From Minisyncoccota bacterium (GTDB lineage: Bacteria > Patescibacteriota > Minisyncoccia > Phycocordibacterales > UBA9973), in assembly GCA_041665925.1 (NCBI GenBank), contig JBAYHW010000003.1, positions 7,737 to 71,736 on the forward strand: 64,000 bases of DNA, read 5' to 3'. A program made the position numbers and the translations under genes. The notes under the pieces were generated by a model that saw only the letters and a list, made by a program, of their open reading frames with translations, did no database searches and was not told where the DNA came from. Numbering within the stretch: the first letter of the stretch is position 1; every line of letters starts with the position of its first letter. This document shows positions 26,610 to 34,909 of this stretch, in pieces.

Positions 26610-26675
26610 CTATTTTTTCTTTGCCTTTTTTGGCTTTTTTACGTCTTTACGATATGCATTGTTTCCTTTTCCCAT
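26610..26675 (-). CDS. possible 21-aa highly basic mini-protein MGKGNNAYRKDVKKPKKAKKK
   Basis: Short ORF between dsbB and the terminator. Speculative. Confidence 0.2.
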   Translation of the reverse strand: MGKGNNAYRKDVKKPKKAKKK

Positions 26676-26702
26676 GATTTTGTGATTATGCTAATAATGA
26701 AA

Positions 26703-27257
26703 TTAAACTTCTTTTTTATAAAAATGCGCTACGGCAAGTAAAGTAAGTAGCGCAAAGAACGCAGTCAGGGCCATCATGGGAATAGAAATATAGCCACCAA
26801 ATTCCGATACTAAACGCTGATAGCAAGAGACGCCGGAAGCATCACACGGCAAATTAGAACTTTCTCCAAAATAATAAAAGAAATTCTGATACAGAGAAAT
26901 TAGAAACCCAAAACACAAAAGGGGCAAGACATAACGAATAACTTTCCTGTCTTTATCCCATAAAGCAACACCGAACATCAAAAAGGTCGGGAACATAAAC
27001 ACTCTCTGCCACCAACAAAGAGCGCATGCTAAAAATCCAATAATTTCAGAATACACTAAAGGAAAAACCGAAGAAAACAGAGAAATCAAAAAAGCTAGAA
27101 TTAAAAAATGCTTATTTATAAAATCCAAATAAACATTTCCTCCCTTCCCGTTTGACCTAAAGAAAAGTAAAAATATAGCAACAACAGAAAGAACTTGAAG
27201 AAGAATAACTCCTAGCCCGAGAAACACATTGAGATAATGTATAGCTTCAGTGCTCAT
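26703..27257 (-). CDS. DsbB-family disulfide bond formation protein
   Basis: 4-5 TM with ACALCWWQR (CxxC...QR) and a second Cys pair CDASGVSC in a loop. Confidence 0.65.
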   Translation of the reverse strand: MSTEAIHYLNVFLGLGVILLQVLSVVAIFLLFFRSNGKGGNVYLDFINKHFLILAFLISLFSSVFPLVYSEIIGFLACALCWWQRVFMFPTFLMFGVALWDKDRKVIRYVLPLLCFGFLISLYQNFFYYFGESSNLPCDASGVSCYQRLVSEFGGYISIPMMALTAFFALLTLLAVAHFYKKEV

Positions 27258-27258
27258 T

Positions 27259-27648
27259 TTATTCTGGTAAAACGCAAGCAGTTTTCTCGGCTAGTTTTTG
27301 AAGTGGAATTTCTCCGTTCATTCGAGACCCATCAGCAAATTCCCAAGTAGGATAGCCTTCGATTTTTTTATCTGTACAAACTGGTAGCTGTCCTTGCCCA
27401 TTAGCCGTAGAACATTCTACATAAGGAATCAATTTCTGAGAAGAGCCGAAAAGCTTTTTCTGTGACTGACAGTGAGGGCACCAGTAAGCTCCATAAAACA
27501 CAGCACCTTTGTCTTTCAAGCAAGTAGCAAATTCGTCATATTTCCCAGGGCCAGGAGGAGTAGCGTCCGACTGAAGTACAACTGTAGCAATCGTACCCAA
27601 AATTAAAAGACCAACAACCGATATGAAAATTTTTACGTTTTTATCCAT
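27259..27648 (-). CDS. membrane-anchored thioredoxin-fold thiol-disulfide oxidoreductase (DsbA/BdbA-like)
   Basis: WCPHC active site and an N-terminal TM. It is adjacent to the DsbB-like gene. Confidence 0.7.
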   Translation of the reverse strand: MDKNVKIFISVVGLLILGTIATVVLQSDATPPGPGKYDEFATCLKDKGAVFYGAYWCPHCQSQKKLFGSSQKLIPYVECSTANGQGQLPVCTDKKIEGYPTWEFADGSRMNGEIPLQKLAEKTACVLPE

Positions 27649-27665
27649 CCCGTAATTCTAACAAG

Positions 27666-28064
27666 TTAAAATATTTTAGGCAAGAAAATTATGACCCCAA
27701 CGATGACAGATACAAACACAGACAGGAGCACTGCTGCGGCGGCAACGTCTTTCGTATCACGAGCATAGGGATGATATTCTGGAGATGTTAAATCTATGTC
27801 TATTTCTATCGCAGTATTGAAGGCTTCAGCAATTATCACAAAACCAATAGCAAAAACCAAAGCAATCCATTCAATGCCTGAGATTTTAAAATAAAATCCT
27901 AAAACTATTACAACAAAAGCCACTCCAGTATGAGTAAGTAAATTACTAGTCGTCATCCAGAAAACTTTCAACCCCCGAAAAGCGTTTAAAAATTTCTCTT
28001 GTGTCTTTACCTCCCGCCAGGCTTTTTTTTCTGTTGTAAAATCCAATACTTTATCTTCGTGCAT
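27666..28064 (-). CDS. dgkA: diacylglycerol kinase / undecaprenol kinase family (DgkA)
   Basis: AEAFNTAIEIDIDLTSPEYHPYARDTKDVAAAAVL. Confidence 0.8.
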   Translation of the reverse strand: MHEDKVLDFTTEKKAWREVKTQEKFLNAFRGLKVFWMTTSNLLTHTGVAFVVIVLGFYFKISGIEWIALVFAIGFVIIAEAFNTAIEIDIDLTSPEYHPYARDTKDVAAAAVLLSVFVSVIVGVIIFLPKIF

Positions 28065-28281
28065 AAGGATTGCGATCTATTATGTTTTCTTCAACCTCCT
28101 GTTCTCTTTTTTTAATCATATCAATCTCAGCTTGCTCTTCAGGAGTTAAAGTTCTTTTAGGAACTCCCACTGAGGGAACAACCTCAGCAGGTTTTTCAAC
28201 TGATTTTTCTGGCTTAAACTCTGGAATCTCTCTGGGGACTCTATTAAATCGAAACTCCCCTTGTTTTTCTTGTTTAGACAT
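28051..28281 (-). CDS. hypothetical charged protein
   Basis: ORF only. Confidence 0.35.
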   Translation of the reverse strand: MSKQEKQGEFRFNRVPREIPEFKPEKSVEKPAEVVPSVGVPKRTLTPEEQAEIDMIKKREQEVEENIIDRNPYARR

Positions 28282-28299
28282 ATCTATATTATACCACTT

Positions 28300-29478
28300 C
28301 TACTGATATTGTATATATATCGGTCTAGGGTTTAATTGTAAAAGAGTTCCTGGGGTCATTAGGGTTGTGCCTGGATCTAATATGTCATTTTTATAAAATA
28401 ATTTAAAGCCGGTAAATTGTACGGGTTCTGGATAAATAAAGTTTTTATAAGTACCAATTTTTTTCGCCTGCCCGCCCCAGCCATCCATATGCATGATGAT
28501 TTGCACTTCGGGTAATATCTTTATACTTTGGTAATTCGTAACCATTTTCTGTGTATAGCGATGGATGATTAAAATTTTCGGAGTTAAGTTGTTTTCTTTT
28601 ACCAATTTCGCTAAATAATTTGAAGCAAAATTTATATCGGCTGCATCTAGTGTCCCCACGACCTTCCCTGGACGAATCCCGCTTTTCATAGAAAATTCAG
28701 GATCAATCCCCAGATGGACGTTCGGCATTTTTAAATATTTTTCTAGCAATGGAATTTCTGTTTCTACTGTAGAAAATCCAACTTGAAGATCTAAAAACAC
28801 AATCGCATTGATCTTCTCTGCTATCGCTAAAACTTTGTCTATTTCAGACGAAGGCATACGCGCGCGATATTTGCCATCTGCGCCTGCGCTCCCCTGCGCC
28901 ACAACAGCGATGTAGTGAAGTGCGGGAATCACTGGCGTAGCTGGATCTGCTACTTCCCATTTTTTAATTTCATTTTTTAGCCGAGTCAGCATCTCGGCTT
29001 CTGGGTATTCTCCAAGTACACCCATTTTCGTAGAATATAAATTCCCATAATATGCAATGATGCGATTAAATGGGAGTAAGGCTCCATCGTTCGGATAAAG
29101 AGTTTTAACTGGCCAAGGGCTGGGCAGAGTTGGTTTCGGCGGGATGGTGACCGTGGTTATTGCTCCAGTTTTAGGATCTTTAACTGTTTTCGTCGTTGGT
29201 GGTAGAGGTGGAGGATTGTTGGCTAGCTCATTTAACTTTTTATCATATAACTCCACGTCTAAGGGAGGAGCTGGTATAGCCTTTTTTTCTTCAGAGAGAA
29301 TATTGGCCACAATATAATCACTTTTACTGTAATTTACTCCGTTACTAAAAACTCTCGGGAAAAAATAAAACACAGCGAAAAATAACGCACCAGCCACTAA
29401 ACACCAAAATAAGGTATTCTTTATACTACCTTGTATTGTCCTAGCAATTCTATTTTTCATTACTTTGCAGTATATCAA
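28300..29478 (-). CDS. membrane-anchored hypothetical protein with a Pro-rich linker. Possible glycoside-hydrolase-like TIM-barrel fold, weak.
   Basis: N-terminal TM, PPLPPTT linker, HLGIDPEF/MDGWGG motifs. Confidence 0.45.
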   Translation of the reverse strand: MIYCKVMKNRIARTIQGSIKNTLFWCLVAGALFFAVFYFFPRVFSNGVNYSKSDYIVANILSEEKKAIPAPPLDVELYDKKLNELANNPPPLPPTTKTVKDPKTGAITTVTIPPKPTLPSPWPVKTLYPNDGALLPFNRIIAYYGNLYSTKMGVLGEYPEAEMLTRLKNEIKKWEVADPATPVIPALHYIAVVAQGSAGADGKYRARMPSSEIDKVLAIAEKINAIVFLDLQVGFSTVETEIPLLEKYLKMPNVHLGIDPEFSMKSGIRPGKVVGTLDAADINFASNYLAKLVKENNLTPKILIIHRYTQKMVTNYQSIKILPEVQIIMHMDGWGGQAKKIGTYKNFIYPEPVQFTGFKLFYKNDILDPGTTLMTPGTLLQLNPRPIYIQYQ

Positions 29479-29513
29479 AATAGTACAAATATAACACTAG
29501 GCGAAAGGCATAG

Positions 29514-30365
29514 TTGTGTTGTCTGGACAAAAACTTTATAATACTCTATATGAAAAACTTTTTATATTTAGTGGTAGCTGTATGCGTTTTATCATTAGGT
29601 TTTAATACGCAACAAGCAACTGCTCAGTATGGTTTTGGAGACGACGTGGATTCTGTTGACTTTGGAAGTGACGGTAGTATTAAACTCACCGACCCTGTGG
29701 ATTCTATTGATGTCGGCGGAACTACTACTAACTCTTCAGGTGATGTTGAGTTGAAAAATGTAAAATTAAAAGATTCAGTAGATTCAATCAAGGTTGAGTC
29801 AATAAATACTACAAGCACTGGCAACGTAAAAGTACAAAACGCCGAATTGAACGGAGATATAAAAGTCCAAAATGTGGAAACAAACGAAGAAGATTCTACT
29901 TTTGAAATTACAATAGATACAGACAGTGCTTCCGTGTATACAGATTCGAACTCTTCAGTAACAAGCGCCAGCGAAGTAAAAACTGCTGATGACCTGACAA
30001 TGTACGTTGCTGGAACAGTTAAAGATGACGAAGCTTTACAAAAAGTTAATTTCAAAAATGATAATCTAGAGGTAGAATATGGTCTTCCTGGAAGACTCTT
30101 CGCTCTTATTCCGATAAACATTCCATACAAAGTCAGTGTTGACTCGTCTACAAATGCAGTTAGCGTAAAACTTCCATGGTGGCAAATATTTGCTACAAAA
30201 AAAGTAAAGGCTGCTAAAGTCAGCTCGGAGCTAAAAACAGAACTCAAGGCAAACGCTCCTACAATAACAGGGCAACCAGTTTCCCTATCCGGTCAAGCAA
30301 AGATAAAAGCCAAGGCAGGCACATTCTCTATAGTTATTGAAACTCTCTCCACGGAAGTCAAATAA
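29514..30365 (+). CDS. secreted repeat protein with VDSIxV repeats
   Basis: Signal peptide and tandem degenerate repeats of roughly 14 aa. Confidence 0.5.
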   Translation: MCCLDKNFIILYMKNFLYLVVAVCVLSLGFNTQQATAQYGFGDDVDSVDFGSDGSIKLTDPVDSIDVGGTTTNSSGDVELKNVKLKDSVDSIKVESINTTSTGNVKVQNAELNGDIKVQNVETNEEDSTFEITIDTDSASVYTDSNSSVTSASEVKTADDLTMYVAGTVKDDEALQKVNFKNDNLEVEYGLPGRLFALIPINIPYKVSVDSSTNAVSVKLPWWQIFATKKVKAAKVSSELKTELKANAPTITGQPVSLSGQAKIKAKAGTFSIVIETLSTEVK

Positions 30366-30451
30366 AATCAATATCCCGCCAAGCTAGCCATTAAGCTGGT
30401 TTTGGTGGTTTAGTGGGGCAATGCATTGTTTAGAGTTTTGTAAATACAAGT

Positions 30452-30964
30452 TTATGAAATAACTTTTGTAATTTCTTCCACATCATAATTCTCAGCCGCA
30501 TTGATGTGAACTATTCTTATACCTACTTTATTCAACATATCCCCTAGGAAATGATCTTTCCCGGGTTCATGCGCTCCTCCGTGCCCGTGCCCATGTCCAC
30601 CATCATGCGGCTTTTCATCCAATTCAATTACGAGATGCGGAGTAAAAAATGCTTTATTGAACAGGGCAAAATCTACGGATTTGATATGAGTCTGGTCTAT
30701 GGGCGCGTACTCCCAATTTCTATCCTTTTCTACTTGCACTAGCTTTGAGAGCTGAAGCTTGGGAACTATGTAATACCTCTCGGCCACAGCTTCTTCTAAA
30801 ACTTTAAAAAAAGCATGCTCATCTTTACTCATAAGGTGATCTTTCTTGGTGTAAGATAAATATTCGAGATGATCTTGAGCGATGTGTTTCCTAAGTAGTG
30901 GCGCATAGTAAATAGACGCCAGGGCCACAAGAATAAAAAAAGCAATAAGTAATGTTATCATCAC
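30452..30964 (-). CDS. DUF2726-like (restriction-endonuclease-fold) domain protein with a His/Gly-rich insert
   Basis: N-terminal TM, then VDFALF...LVIELDEKPH...GIRIVHI pattern with a DGGHGHGHGGAHEPG insert. Confidence 0.5.
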   Translation of the reverse strand: MMITLLIAFFILVALASIYYAPLLRKHIAQDHLEYLSYTKKDHLMSKDEHAFFKVLEEAVAERYYIVPKLQLSKLVQVEKDRNWEYAPIDQTHIKSVDFALFNKAFFTPHLVIELDEKPHDGGHGHGHGGAHEPGKDHFLGDMLNKVGIRIVHINAAENYDVEEITKVIS

Positions 30965-31065
30965 TTATTTTATACCATGTACATCACTTAATTCCTATTT
31001 GACATACATTTTTATATTTCTTGTAAAAGAATGATTTTCAACATAGAATCTGCTATATTTTTATT

Positions 31066-31485
31066 ATGAGTGAATTTTCCCCAGAAAATAAAATTTCCCC
31101 ACCAGGCACGTTAATAAACAACGCGCAGGCGCTAGAAGCTCTTCGAGAATATCTTTCATTTTTCTCTAAACATTTATATCCTCCATATATTTATGAACTG
31201 CCGTCCCATACACTAACAACAGAAGACGCAAATTATTATCACTATATGTGCAGGGGTAACGCCGTCCAAGTAATTTCTGGATTTATGAATATAGTTGTGG
31301 ATGATGCAGATATCTTGAGATTAACAAACGAGCAAAAAATCAAAATCAAAGAAATGGAAAATTCACTTCTTGAGATGAAGAGTGGCTCATTGCGAACGCC
31401 AGAAGATATGGTTTATCTAAAAAATTCCATCCAAACTGTGGTTGATATCCTAACAGAACAGGAAAGAAAATTGTTGGAAAACTAA
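31066..31485 (+). CDS. hypothetical protein
   Basis: ORF only. Confidence 0.45.
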   Translation: MSEFSPENKISPPGTLINNAQALEALREYLSFFSKHLYPPYIYELPSHTLTTEDANYYHYMCRGNAVQVISGFMNIVVDDADILRLTNEQKIKIKEMENSLLEMKSGSLRTPEDMVYLKNSIQTVVDILTEQERKLLEN

Positions 31486-31535
31486 CATGATATTTCTTGT
31501 AAAATAAACACTTTTGGAGTATTCTAACTTTGTAT

Positions 31536-31560
31536 TGCGGGTTCGTCTAATGGTGGGAAT
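31536..31560 (+). pseudogene. tRNA 5-prime-half-like fragment (tgcgggttcgtctaatggtgggaat) with no matching 3-prime half
   Basis: Homologous to the 5-prime acceptor/D-arm of the adjacent tRNA-Gln (shared tcgtctaa.ggt). No T-arm or acceptor complement within 200 nt. Confidence 0.3.
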
Positions 31561-31627
31561 AAAAATGAATCTGCTTTCATTTTTATCTGATTCTCTGAAG
31601 AAATCATTGTTATTTTGTATCCAAAGC

Positions 31628-31698
31628 TGGGAGATCGTCTAACGGTAGGACATATCCCTCTGGAGGATATTATCTTGGTTCGAATCCAAGTCTCCCAG
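31628..31698 (+). tRNA. tRNA-Gln (anticodon CUG)
   Basis: Manual fold: acceptor tgggaga/tctccca with U1-A72 (a tRNA-Gln hallmark), D-arm gtct/ggac, anticodon stem tatcc/ggata with loop cuCUGga, T-arm cttgg-ttcgaat-ccaag. No encoded CCA. Confidence 0.75.
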
Positions 31699-31842
31699 CT
31701 TTGTATATAAAATCAGCAATAAGGGAAGGAATCTGGAGGATTAATCTCCTGACCCACAGCAGTCATATGCTAAGTCAGGTGTCTGACACGCATAGGATAA
31801 ACTAATCAGTCATAGCATACCCGCTGAGAGCGGTATTCAGAA

Positions 31843-31872
31843 CAAAAAAGCACCTCTTGGGTGCTTTTTTGT
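31843..31872. terminator. bidirectional intrinsic terminator aaaaaagcacctcttgggtgctttttt
   Basis: Hairpin flanked by A- and T-runs between convergent transcription units. Confidence 0.7.
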
Positions 31873-31963
31873 TTGAGTAAGTTTAAGACTTCTTTTTTCT
31901 AATTTTGGATATAATAGAGTGCTCGTCAAGAAGTCTAAGAAGTAAACTAGCTAGACTAAGATA

Positions 31964-32374
31964 CTAGATAGTTTTCAGTGGATCATTTTGGATGAAATTA
32001 ATGTGTGCCTTTCTATCCCTTACACCGACGACTCCCTTATATAAATACATTAATCCACGCTGCTCAGCTTTATCCAAGCCACCAACGAGAGAATTAAATT
32101 TAATCTTAGGAACCTGATCACCATCACAACCAAAAATCTTGTTCATTAAATCATCACCGTCTAAATCCCTACCATTTTTATCTTTTCGACGTCCTGTTTT
32201 AGTTTTTACTTGATCAACAACCTCAATAAATGCATTCAATATCGCACCCTTAAAATCATTACTTGATAAGCGTGAAGCAGTGCGAGCTACGCCCTTACCC
32301 TTACCTTCGTCACCCCATTGAAGGCCGATGATCGGAATAATTTTAGAAATTTTTTTTGCTTTCATATTACGCAC
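31964..32374 (-). CDS. hypothetical 136-aa protein with a PurA-type P-loop motif QWGDEGKGKG but no further PurA similarity
   Basis: Motif identical to the adenylosuccinate synthetase GTP-binding loop. The remaining sequence is unrelated. Confidence 0.4.
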   Translation of the reverse strand: MRNMKAKKISKIIPIIGLQWGDEGKGKGVARTASRLSSNDFKGAILNAFIEVVDQVKTKTGRRKDKNGRDLDGDDLMNKIFGCDGDQVPKIKFNSLVGGLDKAEQRGLMYLYKGVVGVRDRKAHINFIQNDPLKTI

Positions 32375-32497
32375 TAACTATATCACTCTACCCATTGTGG
32401 AAAAGGTGGATAAGGTGGATAACTTTCCTTTCCTTCTTGAGTTTAAAGTTGTATATTTATAAATGTAAATTAATTAATATTTTAACTTAAGTTAAAA

Positions 32498-33133
32498 ATG
32501 AAAAAACTTTTAAATAAGAAACTATTTATTTCAAGTTTCTTGATCCTCTTCCTAGTAATGCAGTTCTACGCTTTGACAGAGTACGCTTTTGCTGTCACTG
32601 ATAACGTCGTCGTTACACTTGACGTGGATTCCGGAATTACAATTTCGGATGGTGCAGCGGTTACCATGGCTCCGAACATTAGCATCACTACAGATAGCTC
32701 CATAGGTAGCTCTGCATGGACTGTCATTACAAATGGGGCAAGCGGATATTCACTTGCAGTCAAGGCTTCCGCATCTCCAGCGCTCGTCTCCGGCAGCAAT
32801 TCTTTTGCTGATTACACTGAGGCTGTGGCTGGTACTCCGGAAGCTTGGTCTGTTGCTTCCGGTGATAAAGAGTTTGGCTATTCTGCATACGGTACCGACA
32901 CTTCAACGGCAGAATATGGAGCAGCCGCTACGTGCGGAGCTGCTGGCGTACCAGATGTCGGTCAGAATTATGAAGGGTTTGCAACTTCAGACAACATAAT
33001 CGCCACAAGAGCTACTGTTACTCCTGTCGCTGGTATAGCCACGACTATCTGCTTTGCTGCTGAACAAAATGGAGTTTTTGCTCCAGTGGGAACCTACACG
33101 GCAACAATAACGGGCACGGCTGTCACTTTATAA
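32498..33133 (+). CDS. secreted WxL-domain-like cell-surface protein (csc-like cluster member)
   Basis: Signal peptide. SAWTVITNGASGYSLAVKASASPAL and a C-terminal YTATITGTAVTL. Paralog of 34131..34907. Confidence 0.5.
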   Translation: MKKLLNKKLFISSFLILFLVMQFYALTEYAFAVTDNVVVTLDVDSGITISDGAAVTMAPNISITTDSSIGSSAWTVITNGASGYSLAVKASASPALVSGSNSFADYTEAVAGTPEAWSVASGDKEFGYSAYGTDTSTAEYGAAATCGAAGVPDVGQNYEGFATSDNIIATRATVTPVAGIATTICFAAEQNGVFAPVGTYTATITGTAVTL

Positions 33134-33148
33134 TGAATTAGTCATCCT

Positions 33149-34126
33149 TTGATCTTCCTTATGAAAAAAACCTTATACAGCTCCATCTTTGGAATATTAG
33201 CTATAAGCTTTTTTTTCTTACCTGACCACTCATACGCTTATACAAAGATTAAGGTTGACGTTACTCCCCAAAATGACTTTGTGGTAGAACCAGGTAAAAC
33301 TGAAGTTTTTCTAAATCCTGGAGAAAGTATGGTAAAAAATATTTCAGTTACGAACCGAGTCAATAAGACTGTGAAGTTTAAACTGAGCACAGAAGATTTC
33401 GTCGGTACAGATGATGCAAATCAACCAGTCATACTTTTAGGAGACACGCACAGCCCGTATTCACTCAAGGATTTTATTACACCTGAAATTACAGAATTCA
33501 GTTTGGAGTTCGGGGAAAAAATCACTATCCCCGTCTCTGTTTCCGTACCTCTGAACGCTGAACCACGCGGATTTTACGGAGCCTTGATTGTCTCCAATGA
33601 TCCAGACAAATTAACAAATGAAGTCATTTCTGAAGCCCAGGGTAAAACTCGCATTGTTTCTCGAATCGGTTCTTTGTTTCTTCTAAAAATAAACGGTGAA
33701 GGTATTGAAAGTGGAGATATTGAAAACTTTAAAGTCATAGGTCCATCAAAATTATTTTATAGTGAAAGACCAGATGGATTCGAGATTGCCTACAAAAACA
33801 CCGGGAACGTTCACTTAGTTCCCTACGGTACGATTACTATCAAAAATATATTCGGGAAAGCAGTCGCTGTATTGCCTGTCGATGCTTATTTTGCACTCCC
33901 TGACTCTGTTCGTTATCGAGAGGTAATGTGGGAAGATGGCTTTAACCTTGGACGTTATACCGCTCACCTTTCTCTTTATAAAGGATACAATGAAGAATAC
34001 GTTGACGCTAAAGTTTCTTTTTGGATAATTCCGTGGAAAATATTAATACCAGTATTTGTCGGAATATTACTTCTCGTCACACTGGTTTATTATATTTTGA
34101 CACGTTTTGAATTAAAGAGAAAATAA
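33149..34126 (+). CDS. cell-surface protein with an N-terminal signal and a C-terminal TM anchor (DUF916/CscA-like architecture)
   Basis: Signal peptide, a beta-rich ectodomain, and a C-terminal hydrophobic helix plus KRK stop-transfer. Confidence 0.5.
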   Translation: MIFLMKKTLYSSIFGILAISFFFLPDHSYAYTKIKVDVTPQNDFVVEPGKTEVFLNPGESMVKNISVTNRVNKTVKFKLSTEDFVGTDDANQPVILLGDTHSPYSLKDFITPEITEFSLEFGEKITIPVSVSVPLNAEPRGFYGALIVSNDPDKLTNEVISEAQGKTRIVSRIGSLFLLKINGEGIESGDIENFKVIGPSKLFYSERPDGFEIAYKNTGNVHLVPYGTITIKNIFGKAVAVLPVDAYFALPDSVRYREVMWEDGFNLGRYTAHLSLYKGYNEEYVDAKVSFWIIPWKILIPVFVGILLLVTLVYYILTRFELKRK

Positions 34127-34130
34127 TATA

Positions 34131-34907
34131 ATGAAAAAGTACGCTTCCTTTTTCCAAATAAAGCGAAGTGTTGCTCTGATTCTTACCTTCTCCACATTGT
34201 CGATTCTTCCTTCTCTTATTTTTGCTCAGACAATGCAAAGCACCACTTATAAAATAATCACTGACAGTGTCAATGTCGGAGGAGATGACAATTCCGCGAG
34301 TACAAATTATATAATTGGTGATACTTTGGGCGAGCTAAGCTCTGGAGATTCTAATAGTGCGAATTATTATATGCATGCAGGTTTTTGGCAGATGCAATCA
34401 AGCTATATTTCTATTACTAGCCCATCTGATTTGGCACTTACGTCGATCGGAGGCATCAATGGTGAAAATACTGAAGGTACCATGTCCTGGACCGTATTGA
34501 CTGACAATGTGGCAGGCTATTCTATGAGCATTAAAACACTTACCTCTCCTGCCCTGGCGTCAGCCGAAGATTCTTTTGATGATTATGCCCCAGCGGGCGC
34601 GGATCCAGATTATAATTTTTCAATTGCTACTTCTGTGTCTGAATTCGGATTTACTCCTGAAGGTGCAGATACAAACTCACGTTTCAAAGATAATGGATCG
34701 AGCTGCAATACGGGCTCGGGTGAGACCTCGGCTAAGTGTTGGGACGGACTTTCATTAGTAGATAAAATAATTGCGGGCAAAAGCTCGAGCAATCATCCTT
34801 CGGGCAGTACGACGACAGTGAGATTCCGTGCTGAATCTGGTAGTGCCCATATTCAAACTTCTGGTGCTTATTCGGCTTCAATAGTAGTAACTGCGGTCAC
34901 TTTGTAA
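34131..34907 (+). CDS. secreted WxL-domain-like cell-surface protein, paralog of 32498..33133
   Basis: MSWTVLTDNVAGYSMSIKTLTSPALAS and a C-terminal YSASIVVTAVTL. Confidence 0.5.
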   Translation: MKKYASFFQIKRSVALILTFSTLSILPSLIFAQTMQSTTYKIITDSVNVGGDDNSASTNYIIGDTLGELSSGDSNSANYYMHAGFWQMQSSYISITSPSDLALTSIGGINGENTEGTMSWTVLTDNVAGYSMSIKTLTSPALASAEDSFDDYAPAGADPDYNFSIATSVSEFGFTPEGADTNSRFKDNGSSCNTGSGETSAKCWDGLSLVDKIIAGKSSSNHPSGSTTTVRFRAESGSAHIQTSGAYSASIVVTAVTL

Positions 34908-34909
34908 AA

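Noticed and set aside
31536-31625. A second complete tRNA or intron-containing tRNA upstream of tRNA-Gln
   Set aside because: Only a 5-prime half is present. No T-arm or acceptor complement exists within 200 nt, and the 60-nt spacer is too short for a group I intron.
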